The translations under genes were made by a program, and so were the position numbers. The notes under the pieces were generated by a model. It was not told the origin of the DNA and searched no databases. It saw only the letters and a program-made list of their open reading frames with translations. Positions 13,683 through 27,296 of a stretch of DNA of 64,000 nt are shown in pieces. Every line of letters starts with the position of its first letter. Within the stretch, counting starts at the first letter, position 1. Origin of the DNA: Octopus vulgaris (taxonomy: Eukaryota); assembly GCA_951406725.2 (NCBI GenBank), contig OX597823.1, positions 48,608,001-48,672,000 on the forward strand, written 5' to 3'.

Positions 13683-16600
13683 GTGTACAAGTACTAAATT
13701 CTGCTTGGAATAGAAATTCTGCATTGTTAAACAGCCTTTTAAATGAGGGAAGCAAAGTACGCTAAGATTTCTTGGTAGACTATTATGTTTACTGTAAACC
13801 TGAGGAAACTGCATATGACATAGCACAACAAACTATCTCTGATTGAAGGAACTTGATGTTGAACTTCAAATAACTAGGATCTATTATAATAACTGGGAGC
13901 TGTCCATCAGTTCTCCTCCAAATTCTGCAATCCTGTTTGAAGTCTAGCATCAAGTTCCCACAGTCAGTCGTAGTTTGAGTATGATAACAAATGTTTGACT
14001 GCTTCATCAAAGATTAGTCATCTCAGTCTCTGAGAACAGAAAACGAGATGGAGTAAACAAAATCAGATATAACTAAAATTGTCTGCCTTAATTTGCATAA
14101 CATAATTAATAGTTCTTCTCTTAAGTAATTAATACATATTACCAATACTTACACTGCTTTGCAAATTAGAGCATGCCATTTTAGTTCCATCTGAGTTTGT
14201 GTATACTATAAATAGTTGTGGACTATTATTGTTTTTTTCAATGGTGAGGAAAAGAAGTAGTGAATGTCTGATGAAGCAGTAATATATGCTGAAGCTGAAT
14301 AGTTTGAGCTGCTATTTCTGGTCATGGAGAGAAAAAATATGGTTTAACCACAGAATCTACTTATCAAAGTAAGGTTAAAAATATGTGCTTACTAAAAACA
14401 CAAAATCATAAGCTTATCTCCCATCTCTATTTATCTTGCCATCGTGCAGTGCTTCTATTAATGAAAGCTTTTATGTTCAGAATTTTACAAAGTGGAAGAA
14501 ATTTTTCTAAAAATTTATTTTCCTAAACCTTTTTAGCCTGTTTTTCTGTTTGCAAAGTTTGTTGAAACAGCTGAAGTCAAATTAAACAACCACTAAAATG
14601 CCATGGAAAGACTATGAGTACTTTCAGCAAAAAAAAAAAAAAAATCAAATATGATGTATATAGTCAAAGAAAAAACATTTTACTGTTTTGGCAATAAGGG
14701 ACTCAAACATGAAAATGTAGGACATTTATTTCATGTAAACTAATATGATTTTATTGTTCACTAAAATAAATGAAATAATAAACCCATTAACATTTGACTT
14801 TATCTTTTATATAAAATGGTCTAGATTCATTAGGCATCAAAAAATTATTTAAAAGTAACAAAATTATGCAGCACTTATTACATGATGCTACACAAACCAA
14901 AATTTCTAGAATAAGAGGGTAAAAATCTACTATTCTTTACTTTAGCTAATGCAATTTCTTTCTTTGAAAAACAGAGACATCAGGAGTTCACTTATTGTAA
15001 CACGCAGATGTTTATGATAAATTATACTGTTTTTGGTATTAGAAAGGAGCACATTTGTTGTGCAGTTAGTGTAGTGACTGGTGTAGCTGTGAGGGTCTAC
15101 TGAGGCTTAAAAAAATAAGACATCAGAACATGGTGTAAGAGAAGCCAACAAAAAGTGAATGTCAGTTAAGATTTAAATATTTCCAAAGGAGAAAAGGTCA
15201 ACATCAGTGATATTAAATAAACCAGTATCTTCCAGTCTCAACCAATTGTAATCTTTAGAAAAGAAAAATAACATATTTATCATTTTTATTCTTTTTAAAC
15301 ATTATTCAATTTCAGTAAATTAACTTGTTTGTATTGAAACAGACTCTGCCATAACAATATGCAAATATTTATGTGTTGGCCCTTTAGCATTCTGATCATC
15401 ATAGATATTTTGATGTATTTCACGTATATAATAATGCAATGATGAAACAAAGTAAAATTTGAATTCTATGATTTGGTAGAGGTTTCTGGCTACCAAAGAT
15501 ATCCAACAAGGCCAGGTGTAGTTATTTGAACAAATAGTTTATTTAGTAGATGGATTTAGGTGGTTTGGATGCTATAGGGTTAAATCATTCAATAATTATT
15601 GTGTGAGAATATTAAGTAAATTTTCTATAATTGAAATTTAATGATTCAATATGTAGTCTGGAAAGTTAAAAAAGTTCTTAAGAAAACAATTCATTAAGAT
15701 ATTTATAGATATTATAGTAAATATTTGAAACATAAAATGCTATCTTTATAAATTAAAATTAAATATTACTTCTTCATCAATAAATAATCCTTAATTTGAT
15801 TTCATAATAAAACAAGAAATTTCAGGTGAAGTAATTTTTTTAAAATTAATTAAACTTATCGTTCCAACTAAATTATTTGATCATTATTAGTCAAAACTAA
15901 TTTCTACACTACATCTACATACACACACACAGTTATGGCATATGTATATATTTGTATGTGTGTTCCTATATATGTGTCTGTGCGTTTGTGTCTGAAAGAA
16001 AAATACCTATAACTTTATCTTCTCAATTTATAATATTACATGTGAAAGTTCCTTACTATCTACAAAAGTTGATATTTTCATTATTTTATAATTTTACAAA
16101 AATAATCAAATTTTTATTGATTTTAACATAAAGCTGATAATTATATTTTTAAGTCAACAAAACATGGGTTTGTACAGAAAGATTTCATTTATTCAGTATG
16201 AATTCACCTTGCTTATATTGGATAACAAGCTCTTGGCTTGTTATCAACTCTCAATTATTCCTATCTATAACCCTATTACTTAGCAAATAAGCAAAAATTC
16301 AGTTTCTTCCTTCTTTGTCTTAGAAAAAGTAAAAGTAAAAAGCATCACATTTTCACTCCTCCCGATAAATTAGCATTTTTACTTTTTTTTTACATTAATA
16401 CTATGTAAAAACATGGTACTTATTAAAATAATTTTTTTTATTAATTTGCTATGTCATAAATTCTGCTAAACATAAACTGCATAACATATATTCAATTAAT
16501 TTTAATTGTGATAACTTTTAGTGAAAGGTTCCTCGTTGTAATATTTCTAAAAAATGTGACACCTGAAAATGTCAAAAATTTTAATATTTATTCTTCTTCC

Positions 16601-18606
16601 AAGAAAATGTAGCAGGTAAATAAATGAACTGGCTATAACACTAGAACATGACTTCCTAGCATATTTTTTCAGAAGTCTTTCCTTTACAGAGAACTTGCAG
16701 TCATGATTTCCTTTGACTATGCTCAAAGCAAACTTTCATAAAAAGGGGGTGTGTTTATTTATGTTAATTATAGCATTTTAACAGTATTTGGTCTCTAAGG
16801 TTGTTATTTAAAGCATGAATTATAATGATAAATTAGATTTTAAGAAAAAGGTGAGAACAGCATGAAAAGGTATTAGAATTTGTAACTGGAATACCTGAGC
16901 GTTTAGCATTTAAAATGGCCATAACTAGCTAAAATATTCTACATGTTTTATATTCAAACTGGCTAGATCAGACCTCTTACACCTGCCCTGCAGTGTTATT
17001 CTAAAAATAAAACAACCATTTCACTGAAACCTCAAAGCTACAAGATAATGCATTATTAATTCAAAATAACGAGAATAAACATTACAATTGACAGAGTAAT
17101 GTGAATGCTGAAGGGATAAACAACACTAAAGTAACATGGTATCTTTTACTTCTCAAAATCATTTAAAAATAAGTAATCTAAGTATTATTGGTAATTAGAA
17201 ACGTAAGAAAAATTTAACAATTAAGAGTTATTAATAGACATAATTAGATAATTTACTTCAAAGAGAACACAAATTTATAAATTGTATACTGTATACATGA
17301 AGCTGTATCACTATTTAGTTGTGTTAGTAAAGCATTAATTAGAGTGACAAGACAACAGAGAAACAGAAACAATATGTAATCTTTATCCCATATATTTTAA
17401 GTTCAAATCTCATAGGAGCTAGCTTTACTTTAAATCTCTCTAGATTCATTAATAAGGTGGCTACAGGAGGCAGTTGGCAAAGCCAGCTTCTATATATGGC
17501 TGAAATGAGAAGACCCAAAATGGCTCGAAAGCCATAACATGCCAACTGGGAAATAACATCGTTAGGTGAGGCTGGCTAGCACTTAAGTGCTTGACAGGTG
17601 GGCCAAAGGAAGGATCTCATTCACTGCAGGCCCTTCTTGATGGTTCAAAGGCTTGTACCACCAGACAGCTAGTTGGCTCTAGCTGCTGGAAGGGAAACTA
17701 ACACAACACTGTTGGAAGGTAGGTTTAGAGAGGGTGCAGGCCAAAACTATGTGTCCTTCCCCTCCATTGGTCAGTTGAAGCTTACATAGTGTAATGTGGC
17801 AGCTGGTGCTGGCTACTGAAGCCTACCAGTGAGTATTTAAAGGGAAATTTGGCAAGATGGTCATTCACCCACTGACATTCGTTGACACTACATCAAAGAA
17901 ACCAAAGAAAAAAAGGTCAATAAAAAAGAGAAAGAAAAAACGCACTCAACACCAGAGCTGTAGACACCTCTGAAAGGTGGGGCCCTGCTACATTGAAAAC
18001 AGTAGAGGAGTAAGGGCTGAAACAGGATGTGGTTCCTCCTGATGATGTCTTTAGCCACTGGATCCTATAAGGGAGCTGTTGAGGTAGTGAACCACAAAAC
18101 GTGGTTAGAATTCCTCCCTAATTATAGCTCTTGTTCCCTTAAAAATGTTTGGTCTTGTGCCACAGCAAAATAACAAAAGTGAAATAAATAAATAAATCCA
18201 TCTATCAATTAGTTACTTGTTCCACTCATTTAGAAGAGCCTCACTAAGGTTGTTGTTTTGTTTAGCTTCTAGTCTGATTGAAAAGATCATTGTCCATGAA
18301 TATTCTAAATTCAGAATGGCCCCAAATTAGGCCAATAATAGTAAACATGTATTCATAAATATCTTCATTTTCTGCCACATTCATAAATGTCCTCATTTCC
18401 CACCAAATATACATACACATGCACTCACACATGTAGAAATACAAGTGTGTGGAGGTGCAAGCACTAATATCGGCACACCTATATAACACTCAGGACATGT
18501 ATACAACACACATACATGATAGACTTAACTTCAAGAATAGAAGGGAATGAGACACTGAAGGGCCAAAACTAAAGATCACAAAGCATCTTTATCTGAAGCT
18601 CTAAAG

Positions 18607-18868
18607 CAGTTTTTCTCAACCATTTTTTTCTTATGAACCCCTTTAATTCCTAATTTACTCTATTAGACATCCACTAACCAGCTGAAGATTATTTTTTTTA
18701 AAAAAACGTATTTTTATAATTAAATATTATTAGGAATTGTATTAAAAAATTGTTAAAATATTTTGTGTACTGTAGACTTATAATCAATTTATTGTACATA
18801 ATTTTTAACAACTAAATTTTATATGGACCCCTAAAAGGGTCATATGGAACCCCAGTTGAGAACCACTG
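18607..18868. mobile_element. hAT-like MITE with 8-bp TSD
   Basis: TIRs cagtttttctcaac / gttgagaaccactg flanked by CTCTAAAG / CTCTAAGG. Confidence 0.8.
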
Positions 18869-18944
18869 CTCTAAGGAATCAGCCAAGTCTCTACCTGCTA
18901 TAATAACAAAAACACACAATATAATTTTATAGATTATGTAAACA

Positions 18945-19343
18945 CAGGTGTGGCTGTGTGGTAAGAAGCTTACTTCCCAACCACATGGTTCCGGGTTTAG
19001 TCCCACAGCGTGGTACTTTGGGCAAGTATTTTCTACTATAGCCTTGGGCCAACCAAAGCCTTCTGAGTGGACATGGTAGACGAAATCTGAAAGAAGCCAG
19101 TTGTGTGTGTGTGTGTGTGTATTTATGTGTGTGTCTGTGTTTGTCTCCCACAATCATTTGACAACTGACACTGGTGTGTATATGTCCCTGTAACTTAGTG
19201 GTTCAGCAAAAGAGACTGATAGAATAAGTACAAGGCTTACAAAGAATAAGTCCTGGGGTGTCGATTTCTTTGACTAAAACCCTTTATGGTAATGCTCCAG
19301 CTTAGCCACAGTCAAATGACTAAAGTAAAAGAATAAAAGAAAG
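18945..19343 (+). mobile_element. SINE family B, near full-length, ending ~10 bp from the splice donor
   Basis: Colinear with the reverse complement of 37048-37468. aaaaga tail. Confidence 0.85.
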
Positions 19344-19354
19344 AATCAACTTAC

Positions 19355-20621
19355 CTGAGTCATCATCATCTGAGGAATCATCATCGCTGGTAATGTTTAA
19401 GTGTGGGTTTGTTTGCCTTCCTCCTCTTCTTAACGACATGCCACCTTGTATAAGATAACTAGGACATGGTGTTTTATCAAGTAAACTTTTTACAGATGGA
19501 TCACTCATTGATGATGGCAGTGATTTTAAATCAACTTCATCTTCACGAGTTTCTAAATTATCACAATTTTCAGCAGTCCGATTCTCAATGGGGCAGTCTT
19601 TACTTTGACTGCGAGCATCATGAACCCCAACAGTACTTGTGGTACTCTTCTCACTGTTATTTTTTATATCATGTAAAGGAGAAGCAACATTTAAGCAATT
19701 CTCTTTAGAATATTGCTGTTCAGATGATGTCTTCTTATCACTTTCAACTGTTAAATCTGAAATATTGCCTTCCTGAGGTAAAGTTGGTGCTTTTAACACT
19801 GCTTCAGAAGTATTGTTAGAATTAACTTTAACCGCTGTTCTTTTATTTTCATTTTCATCTCCAGCTTTTCTTAATGATTCAGAACAGTTTTCATTTACAT
19901 TTACTGAACAATCTGGACTTATACTAACTGGTGAATCTGACTGAAATTCAGCATGACAAAGTTCTCTATTTTCATGGTTTGTGACACTTTGATCTTTAAC
20001 TTTGTGACTATCTGTGTGATTGCTTACTACAGTAAAATTAGTATTACTATCCTTAAGAAATTTATTTGGACTTTTCTCAGAGGATTTTACAATATCATGA
20101 TGCTGATAGCCATCAGTATGAAAAATAGAGTCATTTTCTTCACTTTGAGGTAAAGAATGGTGTTCAGTATTTCCACAAGAAGTATTATTGTTTGATGCTA
20201 AAGGACAGTTATCATTTTCAGTTTCATTCTTCAGGAGGTCTGTGTATTCATTTTCAGTTATTATAGTACTCTCTTCAAGTGGCTCCATCTTATATGTTCT
20301 AAGATAATCAAAAGCTTGATTAATGTGCCTGCTCGCTAAATTTTGGCCACGTCCTTGTTTTTCACGTAATTTGACAACATCTTCTTCATCTGTCTTTTCT
20401 AGATTACTAATTTTTTTTGATCTCGTTAAAGTGTTTAAGGAATAGTTTATTACATTTCCACTCAGTAATTCTGTATCACTTTCAGATTTCTTCATAGCTG
20501 CTTCTACATCAGACTGATCCATAATATCAATGCAGCTACTTATTATATGGGAACTACGTTGATCTGCTTGAATAACAGAAGCAGAAGCTGTTGGGATACG
20601 GCGAATCACTTTATCAGACAT
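19355..20621 (-). CDS. First coding exon of an unidentified host gene; Ser/Asn/Glu/Asp-rich, probably disordered N-terminal region (422 codons + 1 nt)
   Basis: Non-repetitive 433-aa ORF. Polypyrimidine/TTTCAG acceptor at 20665-20666, so the exon starts at 20664. There is an in-frame TAA just upstream of ATG 20621. Canonical donor CAG|GTAAGT at 19355/19354, phase 1. Confidence 0.85.
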
Positions 20622-20734
20622 TTTAGAACTAAGTTAAAAACTTCAAATAATTTTTAAATATAATCTGAAATAAAAACAAAAAAAGAAATCAGTATCAACT
20701 TTTAGTAATTTTTAAATCATATAGATATATAATA

Positions 20735-20950
20735 TTGATTTCAAATTTTGGCACAAAGCCAGCATTTTGGGGAAGGGATTAAATCGATTACATCGACCCC
20801 AGTGTTTAACTGGTACTTATTTTATCAACCCCAAAAGGATGAAAGGCAAAGTCGACCTCAGCAGAATTTGAACTCAGAACACAAGGACAGATGAAATGCC
20901 ACTAAACATTTTGCCCAGCATGCAAACAATTCTGCCAGTTCATCACTCTG
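20735..20950 (-). mobile_element. SINE family A copy
   Basis: Core aaaggatgaaaggcaaagtcgacctc...tttgaactcagaac. Confidence 0.8.
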
Positions 20951-22000
20951 ATATAGAAATATAATATTGACTAGTCACAAAATTTCCCCTTTAACAGAGA
21001 AAAATAAACAAGATTGCAGGTTTTTTTCATGCCTTTATCAAGAGCCCAAAGAACGTAGAAGACATGAAATATTTCAAATAGAGAGCAATATTAGTTCACA
21101 AGCTTTACACCTCATAAATTTACTACAAAATGTCATGTCATATAGTCATAATATTTAATATATAGGGCATGATAACAATCAGAAACAAAAAGTTTACAAA
21201 GAAAATATAGCAAGTTTTACTATTAACTTTTCAAGTAAAAAAAATGTTTTCTAAAAAGAAATGTAACACAAAGTTAAAGCTTCAAAAATGTTCTATAATA
21301 GAAATGAAACAAGAGATTTGACCTTGATAAGATTTTCTTTGTGAATAATATTAATACCTGTACCTTCTAAAACTAGAGTAAATATATCCTACAAAGGTGG
21401 CTTGCTTCAATTTTATTTCAGAAATATTTATTGTTGTAGACAGACATTTTCATGAAAAAACTGAATTATGGACGTGCATATTTTTCCAAAGTACAAATCA
21501 TTTTTTAAAATAGTAATTATTTATACATTAAAACCATTGATTTTTTTTATGCACATTCATTTTATTTGTTGTTGTATTTTTTCTCTTTGAAATAATAGGA
21601 AAATACCATGTTATTCATACTTGTTTCACTCATTAGATTACGACCATGCTAGAGTACCACTTTAAAGGGTTTTAGTCAAAGAAATCGACCCCCAGGACTT
21701 ATTCTTTGTAAGCCTAGTACTTATTCTATTGGTCTCTTTTGCCAAAGCCCTATGTTACAGGGACATAAGCACACCAACATCAGTTGTCAAACAATAGTGG
21801 TGGGGACGAACGCAAAGATAAACACATACATAGATACATATATATATATGTGTGTGTGTATGTACATGTATATGGCTAAGATCAAGATTTAATATCTACT
21901 CTAAACAGTTTAATATATATATATACACACACACATATACACATTTGTGAATTTGTGTTGCAAGATTCTTGATGTGAAAACATGTGTTGAAACAAATATT

Positions 22001-22337
22001 GTTGTATTTCAGGATGGTCATATCTTTTTTTTATGTTTGCCAAATAAACACATGCACTATATATTCATTCTTCACTTGTTTAGTAGAGTTGTTATTCTAA
22101 CTCATGTACATTGTCCGGAAATTTTTTGTCACAGAACTGTGACCTCCTCAGCGACACTCTCTGTTTTCATGTGCTCTTGCTCAGAAAGTGTTGCTGAGAA
22201 GGTCACAGAGGTGTGATGAAAAATTTCCAAACAATGGACATGAATTAGAATAAGAACAGTTATAAACCAGTGAAGAAAGAATATATAGTGCGTGTATTTC
22301 TTTGGCAGAAAAAAAAATGACCATCCCGAAATACAAC
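22001..22337. mobile_element. Foldback element with degenerate hammerhead-like core on each arm
   Basis: ~160-bp imperfect inverted arms. Minus strand 22112-22156 reads TGTCG-CTGAGGA-GGTCACAG TT CTGTGAC-AAAA-..TTC-CGGACA. Same family as 33302, 36472 and 47832. Confidence 0.75.
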
Positions 22338-22364
22338 GCTATATATACACACACATCTATATAT

Positions 22365-22890
22365 ATATGACAGTCTTCTTTCAGCTTCCATTTACCAAAT
22401 TCACTCAGCCTAAGGCTATAGTAGAGGACACTTGCCCAAAGTTCAATGCAGTGGGACTGAGCCCAAAACCATGTGGTTGGGAAGCATGCTTTTTACCACA
22501 AATCCATGCCAGTGCCTACTTTAATTATAATCGAAAAGGAGGTGGTATGGCTGTGTGGTTAAGCAGCTTGCTTCCCAGACTCATGTTGCCAGGTTCAGTC
22601 CCACTGGGCAGACCAATGCCTTGTGAGTGAAACAGGAAGATGGGAACTGAAAAAAGTTTATTATTTGTACATCTTTCATTTTTTTACACGTTCCCATTAT
22701 TGGACTGTGGCCATGCTGGGGCACTGCCTTAAAGGGTTTAGTCAAACAAGTTGAATTCAGTACTTATTTTGAAGTCTGGTATTTATTCTATCTATCCTTT
22801 TCACCAAACTACTAAATTATGGCATTGTAAACCAACTGATAGTAATTGTCAGATGGTTAGGGGTTAAACAAAACAGGATCAAGCATAGAG
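22365..22890. mobile_element. Cluster of SINE family B fragments in both orientations
   Basis: Fragments at ~22365-22520 (-), ~22538-22655 (+) and ~22695-22890 (-). A further 3' half lies at ~21620-21830 (-). Confidence 0.65.
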
Positions 22891-23024
22891 ACACACATGT
22901 ACATTATATATATATATATATATACATATATGTATGCATGTGTGTGCGTGTGTGTGTGTGTATGTGTATGTATGTATGTATGTATATATGTATGTATGCA
23001 TGTATGTATGTTTACATACAGATC

Positions 23025-23340
23025 ATCCTCATCATCATTTATCATTCATTGTCCATGCTGGTATGGGATAGATGGTTTAACCAGAGCTGGTAAACTGAGG
23101 AGCTGCACCAGACTCCAGTCTAATTTGGCATGGTTTCTATGGCTGGATGCCCTCCCTAATACCAACCACTTTACAGAGTATGCTGGGTGCTTTTATGTGG
23201 CACCGTACAGGTGCTTTTACACGGTTCCGCATAGGTGCTTTTACGTGGCTCCGCATGGGCACTTTTACATAGCACTGCACACACACTTTTACATAGCACT
23301 GCACAGATGCTTTTATGTAGTACTTCCACAAGTACTTTAC
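23025..23340 (-). mobile_element. Family F element containing a 24-bp minisatellite (23187-23340, ~6 units)
   Basis: ggctggatgccctccctaatacc core. Tandem units similar to gtgcttttacgtggcaccgcatag. Confidence 0.75.
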
Positions 23341-23543
23341 ACTACCAGAATGATCAGCTTTGCACTTTTGCTGTGGAGTACGGGTCCTCTTGAGTATGGC
23401 AAGTTGCCAGGCATCTCAATCTTTTGTCATTTCACCTAAAAAGTTCAGCATCCTTTCTAAAGGTGGTGCTCCAGCATGGCCACAGTCAAATGACTTAAAC
23501 AAGCAAAAGAGAGTAATAAAATGAAGAATAATATTAAGCATTT

Positions 23544-23643
23544 NNNNNNNNNNNNNNNNNNNNNNNNNNNNNNNNNNNNNNNNNNNNNNNNNNNNNNNNN
23601 NNNNNNNNNNNNNNNNNNNNNNNNNNNNNNNNNNNNNNNNNNN
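23544..23643. other. Assembly gap, 100 N
   Basis: Run of exactly 100 N, a typical placeholder for a scaffold join of unknown size. Confidence 0.99.
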
Positions 23644-23894
23644 TATATATATTTTTACTATTTTTACTGTTTATATCAAAATTAATATATGCTGGTTTGA
23701 AAGTCTAACCCACAAACAATGTAGTGTATACATTTCTATATATACACATGTATACATATGAAGTATATATACATATATCTATTTATAGACGTACATATAT
23801 ACACTACTTAGATACATACAATTTCTAATGGCATAAATAAAAAAAATGTGAAATATAAAATAAAAAATACATGCATACACATATTTGTATATGC

Positions 23895-23941
<47 letters not shown>

Positions 23942-24210
23942 CACTTCTTGCATACATTTTTACTGTTTGTAAAAAACAGAAACAGATACACAAGACTAAA
24001 GTATTAAAAATATAATATAGTATAGATATATAAGTAAAATAGAATATACTCACATATACCTGTTTACATATGGATACATGCATACTTTTAATAAACTTTC
24101 TTAGCCTAGGTCCAACCCACATACAAGGTAATATATATAGTTTCACACACACACACACACACAAACACGTATGTACATATATATACACACACACAAACAC
24201 ATATGTACAT

Positions 24211-24241
<31 letters not shown>

Positions 24242-24510
24242 TATACATGTACGCACATATTCTTCTTCCATACATTTAACTGCTTTTAAAACATGACATA
24301 AATACATACAATAAAATACAGAATCAATGGAGAATGTTGTTCATTCCATTTTCCATCATTTATCTTTTTATATAAACTCTATGGATACTACAAAACTCCT
24401 GATGTATATCCAGTAGCAGGAGCATTTCCAGTGTATGATAACATCAGATAGCCACTAACTGTGAATAAGCTTTGCATAGCATTCTATACGGTTTTTACTC
24501 AAATTTTACT

Positions 24511-24932
24511 TGTGGTAAGTAGCTTGCTTACCAACCACATGGTTCCAGGTTCAGTCCCACTTGGGCAAGTGTCTTCTGCTATGAGTAGACTTGATAGACG
24601 GAAACTGGAAGAAGCCCATCGTATGTGTGTGTGTGTTTGTCTCCCAACCATCGCTTGACAACTGATGTTGGTGTGTTTACATCTCCGTAACTTTGTGGTT
24701 CGACAAAAAGGGGCCGATAGAATAAGTACTAAGCTTACAAAGAATAAGTCCTGGGGTCAATTTGGTGAAATGAAGGTGGTGTTCCAGCATGGCTGCAATT
24801 AAATGACTGAAACAAATAAAATATATATATATATATATCCTTTCTACTATAGGCACAAGGCCCGAAATTTGGGGGAGGGGGATAGTCAATTACATCAACC
24901 GCAGTATTTCACCGGTATTTAATTTATCGATC
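24511..24932. mobile_element. SINE family B (+, 24511-24820) followed by partial family A (-, 24838-24932)
   Basis: Similarity to the reference copies at 37048 and 9388. Confidence 0.75.
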
Positions 24933-25521
24933 CCATAAGTGGCTCTCACCATGCCTAGAGTTAAACTTAGCTCACCTTGTCAGTTTCTAAGATTTCCATT
25001 GAAGTCATAAATGGTAAAAGTGAAAATTATAAAAAATATAGGTGGCTAATTTGCAGTTAAACCCTGGGTGCATACATGTGTATGTTATTGAAATAATACA
25101 CATTTGTATATCATTTCAATTATATATATTTATAATCTCCATCAAACATTTACATTGATATTATTGTCCATCCATGTAAAGCTCACTGAAATTTCTATGA
25201 AGATTTGAACATTTGATGGTTTAAACATGTTTGTCCTATGTTTACCTTGTAATGTTTAAACTCTCCTTATATATATACATATATATATATATATATTTTG
25301 TATCACTGATAAGCAAAAACTAGTTTGGTGTATAAATAAATATATTTAAAAATGACTACACGTTTTTCAGAGTCAGGTGCATTTTCAAACAACCACAACA
25401 AATCTACATTTTTTTCCTGCATGGGAATACACTTCTTTCCAAATATATATATATATATGTATATATGCATCGGCATATATATTAACAGGTGGATATATAT
25501 GTATATATATATATATATAAA

Positions 25522-25560
<39 letters not shown>

Positions 25561-25805
25561 CATACATATACATAGATGTATGTGCATGAGAGTGCATATG
25601 TGTATAAGTATGTATCCACAGAGGTGCATGCAAAATGAATGCCCAGCTGATGAATGGAAATGAGTAACAGTGAGTAGTGGAAACTGGAGCCTTTCAGTTA
25701 TAATTTATGTATACACAAACATATATATATTTACACACACATACATGCACACATATATGCACATGTTCTCCTGCTGTCCGTTGATTTTATTTGCTTATTT
25801 GAACT

Positions 25806-25857
<52 letters not shown>

Positions 25858-27296
25858 TTATATATACATATACATACATAAACATATATATATATACATA
25901 TATACATACATATATACATATATATATATACATATATAAACATATATACATATATACATTCACATAAACATATATATTCATGCATTCATACATATAAACA
26001 GATATACATACATATAAACATTCATACATATATACATGCTTATAAACATATATACATACATATATACATACATGTAAACATTTATACATATATATATATA
26101 CGCACACACACACATATATATATATATGTGTGCATATATATATATATAAATATTTATCATTATCATCATTTATTATCCATGCTGGTATAAGTAGGATGGC
26201 TTGGGGAAAAATTTGTGATACTCATCTTCAATCCAGCAAGATTCAAGCAAAACATAAGGAAAACAAGACTGAGGGCAGAAAATATACAGGACATTACCAA
26301 AAAGAAAAAGGCCTACACATGCAAATTACCAGGGTGCAGAAAAAGTTTGGTATGAAAAGTAATAACAAACAGGTACAGAGTATAAACAGAGATAGTATCT
26401 TGCAATTTAAGGCAGAGACAAATAAAAAAAAGCAATGGTGTAGACAGGAAATATAGAAAGATTTCAATCTTGGTACAATTTGAACAGAGAGAAATACTGG
26501 GCACGTGTGATTAGTGTGATGCCCATGAGACTAAAGGCCAACAGAAAGGAGTGGATATCAGCCGAAGTGAAAAGCACAAAAGAAAAAGAGAATGAAATAC
26601 AAGGAAAGACAGAGGTTATTCAAGATAGAGTGAGAGAAAGAGTGTTAAAAAAGGGAAGGCATGATAGAGATAGAGAGAAAAAGAGAACGAAAGGTGGGGA
26701 ACAAATAGACGGAGAGAAACATACTGCAAGTCGTAGCAGGAGAAAACAAGTGACAATGTAAAATATAACTATATGTGAGAAATGAAAATCAAAATAACGG
26801 AGAAGAATGTGTATGACAATTGGCAGAAAGGACAAAAAGCAGACATGAATAAACCAACATTTTATCCAGACAACTTTTTGTTCACAAACATTATGATTTT
26901 GACGCTTGGGAATGTTGGTATCATTCGTCTGGAAAGCGCTGAGGTTCAAAGGAAAAAAAAAAAACTATAAAGACAAATCTACAAATGAAAAGACAAGAAA
27001 ATTTTTTTAAAAAACCGTCTTATGATTGAAAATGAATGGGACAGAGAGGAAAGACTGGTACAAATATCAACATATATATATATATATATATACACATATA
27101 TGAATACATATATATAAATGTGAGTATTTATATGTACACATTCAGACCCTCACACATACATGTATGTGTGTGTGTGTATATATATATGTATATATATGTG
27201 TGTGTGTATATGAATATGTGTGTGTGCACACGCATATACATACATACATACATACATACATACATACATACATACATGCATACATATATATATATA

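Larger units (their letters stand above)
12527..14100 (-). mobile_element. Decayed Tc1-family DNA transposon with nested insertions
   Basis: Tc1-like end aggtgcatctcaaaaaattag. Minus-strand transposase remnants RIWRR..PSYLKFNIKFLQS, TVNIIVYQEIL, EFLFQ and INVLP*PSKSLGLNSI (degenerate WPxxSPDLNPIE). Right boundary is approximate. Confidence 0.65.

Noticed and set aside
17490-18110. GC-richer segment in the intron
   Set aside because: Probably an old retroelement fragment, but no motif could be recognised with confidence and no exon structure was found.
23187-23340. Regularly spaced 24-bp repeats resembling a CRISPR array
   Set aside because: Units are contiguous and degenerate with no unique spacers or cas genes. 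This is a minisatellite inside a eukaryotic retroposon.
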